DNA from: a virus
Lineage: Duplodnaviria > Heunggongvirae > Uroviricota > Caudoviricetes
Virus record (IMG/VR): IMGVR_UViG_3300032030_000021
Span: 93,122 to 130,540 of that record
DNA length: 37,419 nucleotides
Direction: 5' to 3' (one strand)
The notes under the pieces: model-generated
What the model was told of the DNA's origin: nothing
Database searches by the model: none
What the model saw: the letters and a program-made list of their open reading frames with translations, nothing else
In this document: positions 1-9,187 of the stretch, piece after piece
Position numbering within the stretch: the stretch's first letter is position 1
How the letters are laid out: the number at the start of each line of letters is the position of its first letter
Made by a program: the position numbers and the translations under genes

Positions 1-1
1 G

Positions 2-256
2 AACGATAGTGAGGAATTTACGGTTATTCACAAAATATATAATATTATAGACTCGTTTGATACAAAATCTCGCTTAATATTATCGGAGTATTTCCTAGAT
101 GATATGGCCGTAATGTATATCAAACCGGTATATGACAATCCCGAGAAACCGGAAGATCCCACCGGATGCTATATTAAATTAAAAGAGACTTTACCATACT
201 CTATTAGAAAACCGGATATAAAAACCGTAGAATTTAGTTTTTTTATTTACTTTTAA
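2..256 (+). CDS. hypothetical protein, 5'-truncated by the window edge
   Basis: Open frame from nt 2 (NDSEEFTVIHKIY...) to TAA at 254-256, ending 12 nt before the next ATG. Confidence 0.55.
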   Translation, partial: NDSEEFTVIHKIYNIIDSFDTKSRLILSEYFLDDMAVMYIKPVYDNPEKPEDPTGCYIKLKETLPYSIRKPDIKTVEFSFFIYF

Positions 257-268
257 TAAATTTTTAAC

Positions 269-613
269 ATGAAAGGAAAACTTAAAATTAATTACATTGT
301 AAAACCGCAAAATAGTGTGGTAGTTTGCATTATCAAAGGCAATGGCGTCAGCTGTAGTGGTGTAGCAAGATGCCATCCTGACGACACATTCGATGAAGAA
401 CTCGGAAAAGAAGTGGCCCGCCGTAAAGCCATTATTAAATATAAGAAATTAATATTGGCCGATATCCGGAACACGCTGGACTATATTAAATCCGAGAAAA
501 TGAGATTGATTGAGAGAGAAAATTTATTTATAAGAAAATCAAATCATGTGAAAGAATCAATCGGTGAATTATATACCGAGATTGATAATATTGTAGAATT
601 TTATTCAAAATAA
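269..613 (+). CDS. hypothetical phage protein
   Basis: 114-aa ORF with a VARCHPDDTFDEELGKEVARRKA motif of a type common in phage proteins, followed by a coiled-coil-like tail. Confidence 0.75.
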   Translation: MKGKLKINYIVKPQNSVVVCIIKGNGVSCSGVARCHPDDTFDEELGKEVARRKAIIKYKKLILADIRNTLDYIKSEKMRLIERENLFIRKSNHVKESIGELYTEIDNIVEFYSK

Positions 614-615
614 TT

Positions 616-1014
616 ATGAAAAAGATATTATATACTCTATTAATTACATTATCCGTTATATTAGGATCATGCATTATCAAGGAACCTATGGTCGACAGAC
701 CTACAACCAGAGTAGTAGTAGTCCCGGACGGCACACAGTATTACTATCGATATGGGTCTCCGTATTATTCCCCGTACTATTACAGACCGAGACTCCCATA
801 CCGTCCGGCTCCACCTCCTCCCGGACCTACGGTAACTCCTCCCCCACCAAGACCGCCGCATCACCCGGCCCCGACCCCACCAAGACCTACCGTGACCCCT
901 AGGCCGAGCCATGCCAACCCTCCGGCACCCATGCCCAGGCCAAGTTCTCCGTCAAGAACTCCAACACCTCGGGGAAACACCGGAACATCATCATCATATT
1001 ATGGACATAGATAA
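616..1014 (+). CDS. proline-rich putative lipoprotein
   Basis: Basic N-terminus, hydrophobic stretch and lipobox-like ILGSC, then a Tyr-rich segment and Pro-rich repeats (PTVTPxP twice). Confidence 0.65.
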   Translation: MKKILYTLLITLSVILGSCIIKEPMVDRPTTRVVVVPDGTQYYYRYGSPYYSPYYYRPRLPYRPAPPPPGPTVTPPPPRPPHHPAPTPPRPTVTPRPSHANPPAPMPRPSSPSRTPTPRGNTGTSSSYYGHR

Positions 1015-1020
1015 TTATCA

Positions 1021-1042
1021 AGGACCCTTGGGGTCCTTTTTT
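1021..1042 (+). terminator. intrinsic terminator
   Basis: aggaccc-ttg-gggtcct hairpin plus T-run directly after the stop codon. Confidence 0.85.
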
Positions 1043-1045
1043 ATA

Positions 1046-1074
1046 CTTAATATTATTTGAGGCCGTTTATATAT
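1046..1074 (+). promoter_or_regulatory. putative phage promoter (YTTAA-N16-TTATATAT)
   Basis: CTTAA 1046-1050, 16-nt spacer, TTATATAT 1067-1074, between a terminator and an ATG. Confidence 0.7.
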
Positions 1075-1097
1075 AAGTACAAGAATTGTTTTTGAAT

Positions 1098-1757
1098 ATG
1101 TACGAAGAAATGTTAAAAATGATGGGCCTGAACAGTATAGAAGGCTGGATGACTACTATAGCAAAAATAACCGGAAACGATCCTATGAAGCCCAAGACAC
1201 ATTGGGCTCTTCATGCAATTCGTCCAACAGAAGTATTATCCGATGATCTTATTAAGAAATATAATATCAGTCCGAGTGATAAATATTACCAGCTTCGAAA
1301 AGACAACGAACTGATGTCCGATGAATGGTTCCGGCGCACCATATATTGTACGGATCCGTTGAAGTTTGACAAAGAAAAATATCTAGTCTTGCAACACATG
1401 AGACTTGAGAAATATTCGGATAGTGTGGTAAAAACCTGTGATCTCAAGTCTCCGTGGCACTTTGAAGGTTTCGAATGTGTCTTCGACAAGGAACGCAACA
1501 AGATCATCTATGAAGTTCAAGATAGCTTTGAAAACCACCTATACGTTCACGGCAATCTGTTAGAGCATAAAGATAACCGGGGTAAAGGAAAATTTATCAA
1601 TATGGTTCTTCAATCTCAGGTATTAGAACTCGAAAGTTACGAGCACTGGGAAGGTTCCGATAGGTTGTTTATCCGCACTCCAAAATACGGAGATCCTCAA
1701 AAGATTCTGACCATCACCTATGAAGATTGTAAAGTTGAAGTTTTAGATACGAAATAG
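1098..1757 (+). CDS. hypothetical protein
   Basis: Long ORF after the promoter motif; ATG at 1098 preferred over TTG at 1086. Confidence 0.75.
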   Translation: MYEEMLKMMGLNSIEGWMTTIAKITGNDPMKPKTHWALHAIRPTEVLSDDLIKKYNISPSDKYYQLRKDNELMSDEWFRRTIYCTDPLKFDKEKYLVLQHMRLEKYSDSVVKTCDLKSPWHFEGFECVFDKERNKIIYEVQDSFENHLYVHGNLLEHKDNRGKGKFINMVLQSQVLELESYEHWEGSDRLFIRTPKYGDPQKILTITYEDCKVEVLDTK

Positions 1758-1805
1758 AATTATGAATAAGAGAAAGTTTAGTTTGTTTATTTGGTTGTAA
1801 AAGAT

Positions 1806-2054
1806 ATGAAACCGAGCCAAGAATTTATAATCGTTAAAAAATCTCAGATTGATGATCTGATGGGTGCCTATAATGCAGCTGTAGATGTACTGGGCAGACC
1901 TATTATGAAATGTGCTCGATGCGGAGGATTTCATGTAGATGGATATCTTTGTCATTGTGGGGCGGACCCCGAAGAAATCGGGAGCAAGTCCGCGGATCTG
2001 ACTATCACAACTATCCCGTGCTATGAATATTATGGCAAAGATGAAAGGAGGTAG
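1806..2054 (+). CDS. small putative zinc-finger protein
   Basis: CARC...CHC motif; ATG at 1806. Confidence 0.65.
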   Translation: MKPSQEFIIVKKSQIDDLMGAYNAAVDVLGRPIMKCARCGGFHVDGYLCHCGADPEEIGSKSADLTITTIPCYEYYGKDERR

Positions 2055-2059
2055 TAATT

Positions 2060-2278
2060 ATGAGTAATTATAATATATTTTTAATTATATTCATAGTGAT
2101 GATAATTACAGCCCCATTCGGATTAACACAATTATGTATGAAATATGGGGCAAATTGGAAATTTAAAGACCTTGGCCATTTTTATAAATGGGTTTCTATA
2201 TATCTCTGCATGGTTATGGTATTAGTTATTGTATTATGGACGTGCATCTTTGTTTATGCGTTAATCTCAATTATCTAA
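2060..2278 (+). CDS. small membrane protein
   Basis: Two hydrophobic segments; tightly packed after the previous gene. Confidence 0.65.
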   Translation: MSNYNIFLIIFIVMIITAPFGLTQLCMKYGANWKFKDLGHFYKWVSIYLCMVMVLVIVLWTCIFVYALISII

Positions 2279-2319
2279 ATTCAATCTCAATTCATTAATT
2301 ATTAAAAAATATTAAGATT

Positions 2320-2727
2320 ATGAAAATATACGACATTACGGACCCGGCTCAATATAGGAGTTTTCAAACCGACAAAGATTTGAAAGTGCTCTGGCTGGAT
2401 GATTTAAGAATTCCAAAACACTGGTTCCAACCGGAAGCTTTGAATAAAATGTCCATAGACATAGCTCAGAATTATAAAGATTTTGACGAATTGATCCAAG
2501 ACGGCAAATATGCACAATATGACATGATCTGCTTAGATCATGATCTGGGATGGGAATCGGATGCTCCTACCGGATATGATTGTGTGATGGATTTAGACGA
2601 AGAACATTATGAATGGGGCTTACCGTGTCCGGATATTTTTGTACATACTAGCAATCCTTCCGGCAAGAAACGCATGATGATAGTATTAGATAAGATAATG
2701 GCGCGAGAAATTCAAAAGAGATTGTAA
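2320..2727 (+). CDS. cyclic-phosphate-processing receiver (REC)-like domain protein
   Basis: LWLDDLR, ICLDHDLG, TGYD and VHTSNPSG motifs match the stand-alone divergent receiver domains seen in phages. Confidence 0.7.
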   Translation: MKIYDITDPAQYRSFQTDKDLKVLWLDDLRIPKHWFQPEALNKMSIDIAQNYKDFDELIQDGKYAQYDMICLDHDLGWESDAPTGYDCVMDLDEEHYEWGLPCPDIFVHTSNPSGKKRMMIVLDKIMAREIQKRL

Positions 2728-2749
2728 AATATGGTACAAGAAAAATTAT

Positions 2750-2777
2750 CTTAAAATCAGGACATTCTCTTATATAT
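2750..2777 (+). promoter_or_regulatory. putative phage promoter
   Basis: CTTAA-N15-TTATATAT upstream of the ATG at 2796. Confidence 0.6.
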
Positions 2778-2795
2778 GTCTAAAAAATATCAATT

Positions 2796-3404
2796 ATGGG
2801 ATGGTATACATTTGTAGATGGTGGGATGGTCTTCTATAAAGAGACTTGGCAACATAAAGAAGAGGTCCAAGACCGTATCGACGATAATAAGAAAGATATC
2901 GAAGATGTCAAATTAGAGATAGCTATGTTAGCCGCCGGACGGGTTGAAGATCTGATTCAGACTAAGGACTGTGAGGGTAACGATATAGACGTACCTATGG
3001 CTATTCGGTGGAAGTTAGAGGATCTCTGGGAAAGATTGGAAGATGCCCAATATGAGAATTGGAAACTTGAGTTCTTGTTAGAAAATTGGGATAAGAGACA
3101 TGGAACGTTTATTGATAATCCGTTGATCCCGGATAATAGTGTTTATACCGGGACGGATAAAGAACAAGAACAATTTATCAAAGATCATACTAAATATCAA
3201 CCTCCAATAGAACCGGATGATTCAAATCCGTTGATTGTGACAACTCAAGAACCCGCCGTTGATTCAAATCCTCGCCAACTTAAATTGGAATTTGACGACA
3301 CATCCGCAAAAGAATCTCCAACCACCCCAACGTATTCGGATCATTCCGCTCATTCCGTTCTAATTTCACACAATCTTGGAAGTCTCAATGATTTAAAATT
3401 ATAA
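2796..3404 (+). CDS. hypothetical protein
   Basis: 202-aa acidic ORF with a helical N-half and a low-complexity C-terminus. Confidence 0.75.
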   Translation: MGWYTFVDGGMVFYKETWQHKEEVQDRIDDNKKDIEDVKLEIAMLAAGRVEDLIQTKDCEGNDIDVPMAIRWKLEDLWERLEDAQYENWKLEFLLENWDKRHGTFIDNPLIPDNSVYTGTDKEQEQFIKDHTKYQPPIEPDDSNPLIVTTQEPAVDSNPRQLKLEFDDTSAKESPTTPTYSDHSAHSVLISHNLGSLNDLKL

Positions 3405-3427
3405 AAAATTAATAATTTTTACAAAAA

Positions 3428-3922
3428 ATGGAATATCGTATGAATCACAATCAAGATCACAAGTTCCCGGAATGGCTGTATATAGCCTTATTGATAATCG
3501 CATTTGTATTGGGAACCATTTTAGGCGCCGGGAGAGCGTGTGCTCAATCCACCGGCATAGCAAAGGGTTATCTAGGTGGAGAATACAGCAAATCTAGAGT
3601 AACCGCGGATTATATTTTGTCCGAAGATAACAGATCGCTGGATTTTGTCATTAACGGAGATACGATTCCATTCAATATTATGACGGAAAAGATGACCATT
3701 CTAAATGACAGTGTTGTCCGCACGGAATACATCTTAGATAAAAATAGCACCATCATCATCGAACCGGCCTATGAGTCCGGGATCTATATAGGTGACTATT
3801 GCAAGATGATTATGAGAAATATTCCGCCATTTGATAAGGTCGTAATACTATTCTGGTCGGATATTGGCTGGAAGAGCACCAATGAGGACGTAGCTCGATA
3901 TCAGTGGCCGGCCGGATCTTAA
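3428..3922 (+). CDS. putative exported or membrane-anchored protein
   Basis: N-terminal hydrophobic helix ending in RACA; followed by a terminator. Confidence 0.7.
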   Translation: MEYRMNHNQDHKFPEWLYIALLIIAFVLGTILGAGRACAQSTGIAKGYLGGEYSKSRVTADYILSEDNRSLDFVINGDTIPFNIMTEKMTILNDSVVRTEYILDKNSTIIIEPAYESGIYIGDYCKMIMRNIPPFDKVVILFWSDIGWKSTNEDVARYQWPAGS

Positions 3923-3923
3923 C

Positions 3924-3950
3924 AAAAAAAGGACCTACCGGTCCTTTTTT
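3924..3950. terminator. bidirectional intrinsic terminator
   Basis: A-run, ggacc-tacc-ggtcc hairpin, T-run between convergent genes. Confidence 0.85.
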
Positions 3951-4374
3951 ATTTCTCCATATGTCCGTTTTTCCAGATTAATTTATAGTGCCTATCCGTT
4001 ATAGAGTTTTGTAATATGTTTTTATCGCGCTGCATGTTAATTACGGATATAGCCGGATAATATATATCTTCTTCTCCGGCGCATCGATATATCTCAATTA
4101 TTTTATAATTCCTACCAATTTTAAGAGATTCTGGATCAAATGTCATAGATAGTATCTCTTTGTTATTGCAAAACGTAGGATTGACAAATGTTTCATTTCC
4201 TCCCCAAAAATCACTAAGCAAATCTAGCTCCCGATCATCCATCAAGACTCTATATAATCCGAGTTCTCTATTATTGCGAATTTCGACGATCCTTACAATA
4301 TCGTGATTGCGGATTGCTCTAATTGCTCTATAATCCAATTTCCTTCCTATTATAGATTCTATTATATGTTTCAT
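3949..4374 (-). CDS. hypothetical protein with N-terminal ESIIGRK tag
   Basis: Starts MKHIIESIIGRK; 4-nt overlap with the upstream tagged gene. Confidence 0.75.
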   Translation of the reverse strand: MKHIIESIIGRKLDYRAIRAIRNHDIVRIVEIRNNRELGLYRVLMDDRELDLLSDFWGGNETFVNPTFCNNKEILSMTFDPESLKIGRNYKIIEIYRCAGEEDIYYPAISVINMQRDKNILQNSITDRHYKLIWKNGHMEK

Positions 4375-4817
4375 GATAAATGTAAATATATTCTAAAATT
4401 ACATAATAAATTATAACGAGCGGATTTGCTTTTAATATATCTTTTCAAAGAATCGCATCGTTCAAAAAATTCATCATCATCCTCTATATCACCCAGTAAT
4501 CGCTCTATAGCAACCTGTCTAGAGTTGTGTCTGGGTATACCCATATCTATGGCTTGCTGTTCAAATTCATCTATACATAAAAAAATCCAAGATTCTAGCC
4601 TTATTAATACAAGCAACATAGCTTTATCATCTTTTACGCCGGTACCATAGAAAAAATTATTATATGCACCGGAGTTTCCGGCATCCGAATTTTTTCTTAA
4701 AGATATCAAAAAATCAAAAAATCCATTGATATCTCCGTTGAATAAATGAGCATACTCATAACATGGATTCTTAGAAGATCCTTTCCTTCCTATTATAGAT
4801 TCTATTATGGATTTCAT
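4371..4817 (-). CDS. hypothetical protein with N-terminal ESIIGRK tag
   Basis: Starts MKSIIESIIGRK; TATAAATG lies upstream on the minus strand (4870-4877). Confidence 0.75.
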   Translation of the reverse strand: MKSIIESIIGRKGSSKNPCYEYAHLFNGDINGFFDFLISLRKNSDAGNSGAYNNFFYGTGVKDDKAMLLVLIRLESWIFLCIDEFEQQAIDMGIPRHNSRQVAIERLLGDIEDDDEFFERCDSLKRYIKSKSARYNLLCNFRIYLHLS

Positions 4818-4927
4818 AACGTATTTTTCAAAAAAATAACTTCATCAAAATTAAATATAACACAAGTTGCATTTATATCTTATTATAGATATCTAAGAAG
4901 CTCGAAAATCAATAATAGTTAACATAT

Positions 4928-7900
4928 ATGAGTAAGATTCAAGTAGTTAAAAGAGATGGAAGAGTCGTGGATTACGACAAGGATAGAATCAGATTAGCCC
5001 TGCGCGGCTGCTTTAAGAGAAATAAGATGAGATATAAGACAGAAGTCACGGAAGAGATAGATAAAACTATCAAATCTTTGGATAAGGATACCATAGGAGT
5101 AGAAGAAATCCAAGACATAGTAGAGAAGATCTTAATGCGAGATTATCCGGAGCTGGCTAAATCCTATATTTTATTCCGCAAACACAAAGAGGAAATTCGC
5201 AAATGGGTAGATGAAAAGGAAGATTTCATTCGCAAGTATAGCAAGAGTTTCAATACCGCTGATTCTACGGTAGATGACAACTCTAATGTAGGCAATAAGA
5301 ATATTGGAGTTCTGAATACGGAAATCCATAAAGAGGACAATATCCAGATCAACCGGAGAATGATTGTCCGGAAACTTAGAGAGCTCTTTCCGGACTTTGA
5401 TGCCAAGCAATACGAAAGAGATCTAGCTAATCATTATATATACAAACATGATGAAAGTTCTTTTGCCGGAGCCATTGCCCCATATACATATAGCTCCAAA
5501 GAGGTTATAAGAGTTTCTTATAATGGAAATCGTCTTTTAATTCCGTTTGATCTATTATACGACATTATTGAAGAGCCAGAAATACTAGTAGATCCTATTA
5601 ATGTAGTATACCAAAAATATCCTGACAATCTTACGGTACTTGATCGAGGCGGAATTGAGACTCCGATAACGGCGATTACCAAAAAGAAAAGACATAAAGA
5701 TCTTTATAGAATAAAAACTTCTTTTGGAGAAGATATCGTGGTAACAGAGGATCATCCCCTTATAGTTAATGCCGATGATATTGAAAACACTATTCCGGCT
5801 ATAGAATCATTAAATGAATATCAGTATAAAGAACATCACAAATTAGAATTTAGGGGAGATAATTTAATAGATCTCGCTGACATTTTAGATTCTGGTGAAG
5901 TTTATGACGAATTTATTAGATATGATCGACATGAATTAAAAAGGAATATATATCTTACGGAGGAATTTGGTTATGTGATTGGATTTTTTATAGGTGATGG
6001 CAACTATAACAACACTGAAAAATATCTAAATTTTACCCAAAAGGATCAATCTATTTTGCATTATATCAACAATATTTTATTTAAAATCACGGGCAAAGCC
6101 GGATATGTTACATATAAATCAGATAGAAACATATATAATCTGGAAGTAAGGAGTCGTGCAATATTTAGATTATTTAAAGAATTTTTTAAAATTCAAGACA
6201 AAGCTCAGGGTAAAACACTTCCGGTAAATATACTTGATTTTACAGACGATTTTGCAAAAGGTATATTAGAAGGTCTATATGATGCTGACGGTACAGCTAA
6301 TTATAATCAATTGTGGTTAAAATTAGCTTCGCGCTCCGCAATTCTTCAGGCGTCGGAACTCATGAGACATTTTGGATATTCGGTAGGCAATGGTATTCAG
6401 AGCATACCATTTTCTAATTCCGGATATAAAACTAACTATAGTTTATGGACTATTGGGTGTTCAAAAAGAGAAAATAGTGACGAATTTTCTTTATCATACA
6501 AATGGAAGAAAATTGTAACATCTACATCCACACCAAAATATAAAATTTCCGGTCCCGTTAAAATAACGAGTGTTCAAAAAATTCAAGAAAATGATTCATT
6601 TTTGTCTCAAAATGAATACATTTACGACATCACAACAGACACTCATACTTTTTTAATGAATAATATTTTAGTACACAATTGTGTAGCTCTGACTATGTAT
6701 CCGTTCTTAGAACACGGCATCAAGGGTATCGGAGGCCTAAGTGCCAAACCCAAGAATCTGGATTCCTATTGCGGTATGCTAGTGAATATGATCTTTGCTA
6801 TCTCCGCTCAGTTCTTGGGGGCCGTTGCCGTACCGGAAGCTCTATTGTACTTTGATTACTTTGCACGAAAGGAATGGGGAGATGACTATAGATATCACCT
6901 CAATGATATTGTCAATCCCCGGAGCAAGCATCCTCGTACCATCAAAGAGCAGATCCATCAGCACTTCCAGCAGATTATATATTCTATCAACCAACCGGCG
7001 GCGGCTCGCGGCCTGCAATCCGCTTTCGTGAACTTTTCATACTATGACAAGACATTCTTCGAGAGCATGTTCGGGGATTTCAGCTTTCCGGACTTTACCA
7101 AGCCAATATGGGAATCTCTTAAATGGCTGCAGGAAGATTTCATGCAGTGGTTTAATAAAGAAAGAGAAAGATGTCTCCTGACCTTCCCGGTGGAGAGCTT
7201 TGCTATGGTATATAAAGATGGAAAATTTGCCGATCCGGAAAGTGCCGAATTTGTAGCAAGCGAGTATGCGCGGGGTCATTCATTCTTTACATACATCTCC
7301 GACACCGTAGATAGTCTTTCTAGCTGCTGTCGCTTGAAGAACAAATTGCAAACCAAGGAATTCAATTTCACGAACGGTAATATGTCACTGCAGACCGGTT
7401 CTAAGTCCGTGATTACTTTGAATCTGAACAGAATTATTCAGGAATGTGATAGAAAAGCAAAGATCGGAAGTGCCGGAATCCAATATAATTGGAAAAAAGA
7501 AAAAGAAACAATAGTCTCATTCCTGGGAGAGATCTTAGATGACGTTTATAAATATCATATTGCCTATAATGAGATTCTTTGGGATATGAAAGACGCCGGT
7601 CTCTTGCCGGTATATGATGCGGGATTCATCAATCTTAACAAACAATATCTTACTATAGGCCTGAATGGTTTGAATCAAGCCGCGGAGTATCTGGGAATGA
7701 CCTGCAATGATAATGAGGATTATAAAGAATTCTGCCAGTTCATATTCGGGTTTATTGCCGAAAGAAATAAAGAAGCCGGTGGTAAATTCAACGGACATAC
7801 ACTGATCTTCAATACCGAGCAGGTTCCGGCGGAGAGCCTGGCCGCTAAAAATTACAATTGGGATAAAGAAGACGGCTACTGGATTCCGGAAGATACCAAT

Positions 7901-8293
7901 CTCTATGCCTCTTATATCTTCAAGCCCAACGATCCCACCACATCCCCACTAGAGAAGCTCCGGATGCACGGAAGAGAATATATCGGAGACTATCTGGATG
8001 GCGGAAGTGCGGCTCATATCAACCTATCGGAACATCCGGATGTAGAACAGTATAGATATATTCTGAAATATGCCGCCGAACAAGGTGTTAACTATTTCAC
8101 ATTCAATATTCCCAACTCGGAATGTGAGGATTGCGGCTGGATAGGCAAGCGTCCGGTAAGCAAATGTCCGGTATGCGGATCGGAGCATGTTGCACTCTGG
8201 GATAGAGTCATTGGATACCTCACTAAGGTGCGGAATTGGTCCGAACCCAGAAGAGAGGAACAAAAACATAGAATATACGGCAATATAGAGTAA
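4928..8293 (+). CDS. nrdD: anaerobic (class III) ribonucleoside-triphosphate reductase, intein-containing
   Basis: ATP cone (VVKRDG), PY/CVALTMYPF split by the intein, SSCCRL loop, CEDC...CPVC Zn site, glycyl-radical loop RVIGYL. Confidence 0.95.
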   Translation: MSKIQVVKRDGRVVDYDKDRIRLALRGCFKRNKMRYKTEVTEEIDKTIKSLDKDTIGVEEIQDIVEKILMRDYPELAKSYILFRKHKEEIRKWVDEKEDFIRKYSKSFNTADSTVDDNSNVGNKNIGVLNTEIHKEDNIQINRRMIVRKLRELFPDFDAKQYERDLANHYIYKHDESSFAGAIAPYTYSSKEVIRVSYNGNRLLIPFDLLYDIIEEPEILVDPINVVYQKYPDNLTVLDRGGIETPITAITKKKRHKDLYRIKTSFGEDIVVTEDHPLIVNADDIENTIPAIESLNEYQYKEHHKLEFRGDNLIDLADILDSGEVYDEFIRYDRHELKRNIYLTEEFGYVIGFFIGDGNYNNTEKYLNFTQKDQSILHYINNILFKITGKAGYVTYKSDRNIYNLEVRSRAIFRLFKEFFKIQDKAQGKTLPVNILDFTDDFAKGILEGLYDADGTANYNQLWLKLASRSAILQASELMRHFGYSVGNGIQSIPFSNSGYKTNYSLWTIGCSKRENSDEFSLSYKWKKIVTSTSTPKYKISGPVKITSVQKIQENDSFLSQNEYIYDITTDTHTFLMNNILVHNCVALTMYPFLEHGIKGIGGLSAKPKNLDSYCGMLVNMIFAISAQFLGAVAVPEALLYFDYFARKEWGDDYRYHLNDIVNPRSKHPRTIKEQIHQHFQQIIYSINQPAAARGLQSAFVNFSYYDKTFFESMFGDFSFPDFTKPIWESLKWLQEDFMQWFNKERERCLLTFPVESFAMVYKDGKFADPESAEFVASEYARGHSFFTYISDTVDSLSSCCRLKNKLQTKEFNFTNGNMSLQTGSKSVITLNLNRIIQECDRKAKIGSAGIQYNWKKEKETIVSFLGEILDDVYKYHIAYNEILWDMKDAGLLPVYDAGFINLNKQYLTIGLNGLNQAAEYLGMTCNDNEDYKEFCQFIFGFIAERNKEAGGKFNGHTLIFNTEQVPAESLAAKNYNWDKEDGYWIPEDTNLYASYIFKPNDPTTSPLEKLRMHGREYIGDYLDGGSAAHINLSEHPDVEQYRYILKYAAEQGVNYFTFNIPNSECEDCGWIGKRPVSKCPVCGSEHVALWDRVIGYLTKVRNWSEPRREEQKHRIYGNIE
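5486..6679 (+). mobile_element. intein with LAGLIDADG homing endonuclease (398 aa, residues 187-584)
   Basis: Block B VTEDHP, IGFFIGDG and EGLYDADG motifs, block F YIYDIT, terminal LVHN followed by Cys; removal restores APYCVALTMYPF. Confidence 0.92.
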
Positions 8294-9171
8294 TGGAATT
8301 TAATCAAACATATAGCGCAACCCGGTGGGAGATTTATGGTGATATTGTCATCATGTATGACGGAATTACCAGATACGCCTGTGAAATGATCAAAGAATAC
8401 TATTCCGGCCCCGAATGGGCCGGAACGGCATTCTTGTTAACACCGTGCTACGGTTTCGATTTTGACATTTCGCGCCCGATCACAAGGGAGAGTGTGATAG
8501 AATTATGCAATCGTTATAATTTAAAAATTCAAAAATTTGTATTTTGGAATTTTGATCATCTTCATATGTTCGGGTATTTAGATGCATTAAACAAATATCT
8601 AGAAATACTCTCTCCGGATGAGATTTGGGAATGGCAAATAGAAATTTTTAAAGAAATGCCCTATACTCTAAAGGATAGAGTCAAATTCATGCCTTTGCGA
8701 TATGTATCCGCATATGGAGAACGGCGGATTTCTCAATCGGACACTAAATATGATTTTTTGTTTATCGGGAATATAAATACTTTACGGAGAGCTCAGCTGC
8801 TAGGAAAATTGACCTCCACATATACACCTATACTAATCACAACCGGATACGATATGGAGGATTTAGAAATGGAAATCTCAAGATGCCGGGCTGTGTTAAA
8901 TATACATGGAGAATCCGATAACTATCGGGAGCAGCTTAGAATATCCGAGTGTATCTGCCGGAATATTCCAATAGTGACGGAAACGGACGCATATCCGTAT
9001 TACCCGGAATTAACCGGAGAATATAATTATGATCTATCTATTGCAAATGCCGGTGAATTATACGCCGCTTTAGATAATGCCCCGAAAAATATATCCGACA
9101 GATATAGAATAATGACGCAGCCGGATTTTAATTATGAATCTTATAAGAAATCTATATTGAATTATTATTAA
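8293..9171 (+). CDS. putative GT-B glycosyltransferase (CgeB/Glyco_trans_1-like C-terminal domain)
   Basis: YDFLFIG...RRAQLL...AVLNIH...EQLRISE...PIVTE pattern; start overlaps the nrdD stop. Confidence 0.6.
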   Translation: MEFNQTYSATRWEIYGDIVIMYDGITRYACEMIKEYYSGPEWAGTAFLLTPCYGFDFDISRPITRESVIELCNRYNLKIQKFVFWNFDHLHMFGYLDALNKYLEILSPDEIWEWQIEIFKEMPYTLKDRVKFMPLRYVSAYGERRISQSDTKYDFLFIGNINTLRRAQLLGKLTSTYTPILITTGYDMEDLEMEISRCRAVLNIHGESDNYREQLRISECICRNIPIVTETDAYPYYPELTGEYNYDLSIANAGELYAALDNAPKNISDRYRIMTQPDFNYESYKKSILNYY

Positions 9172-9187
9172 GAAAAAAAAAGACAAT

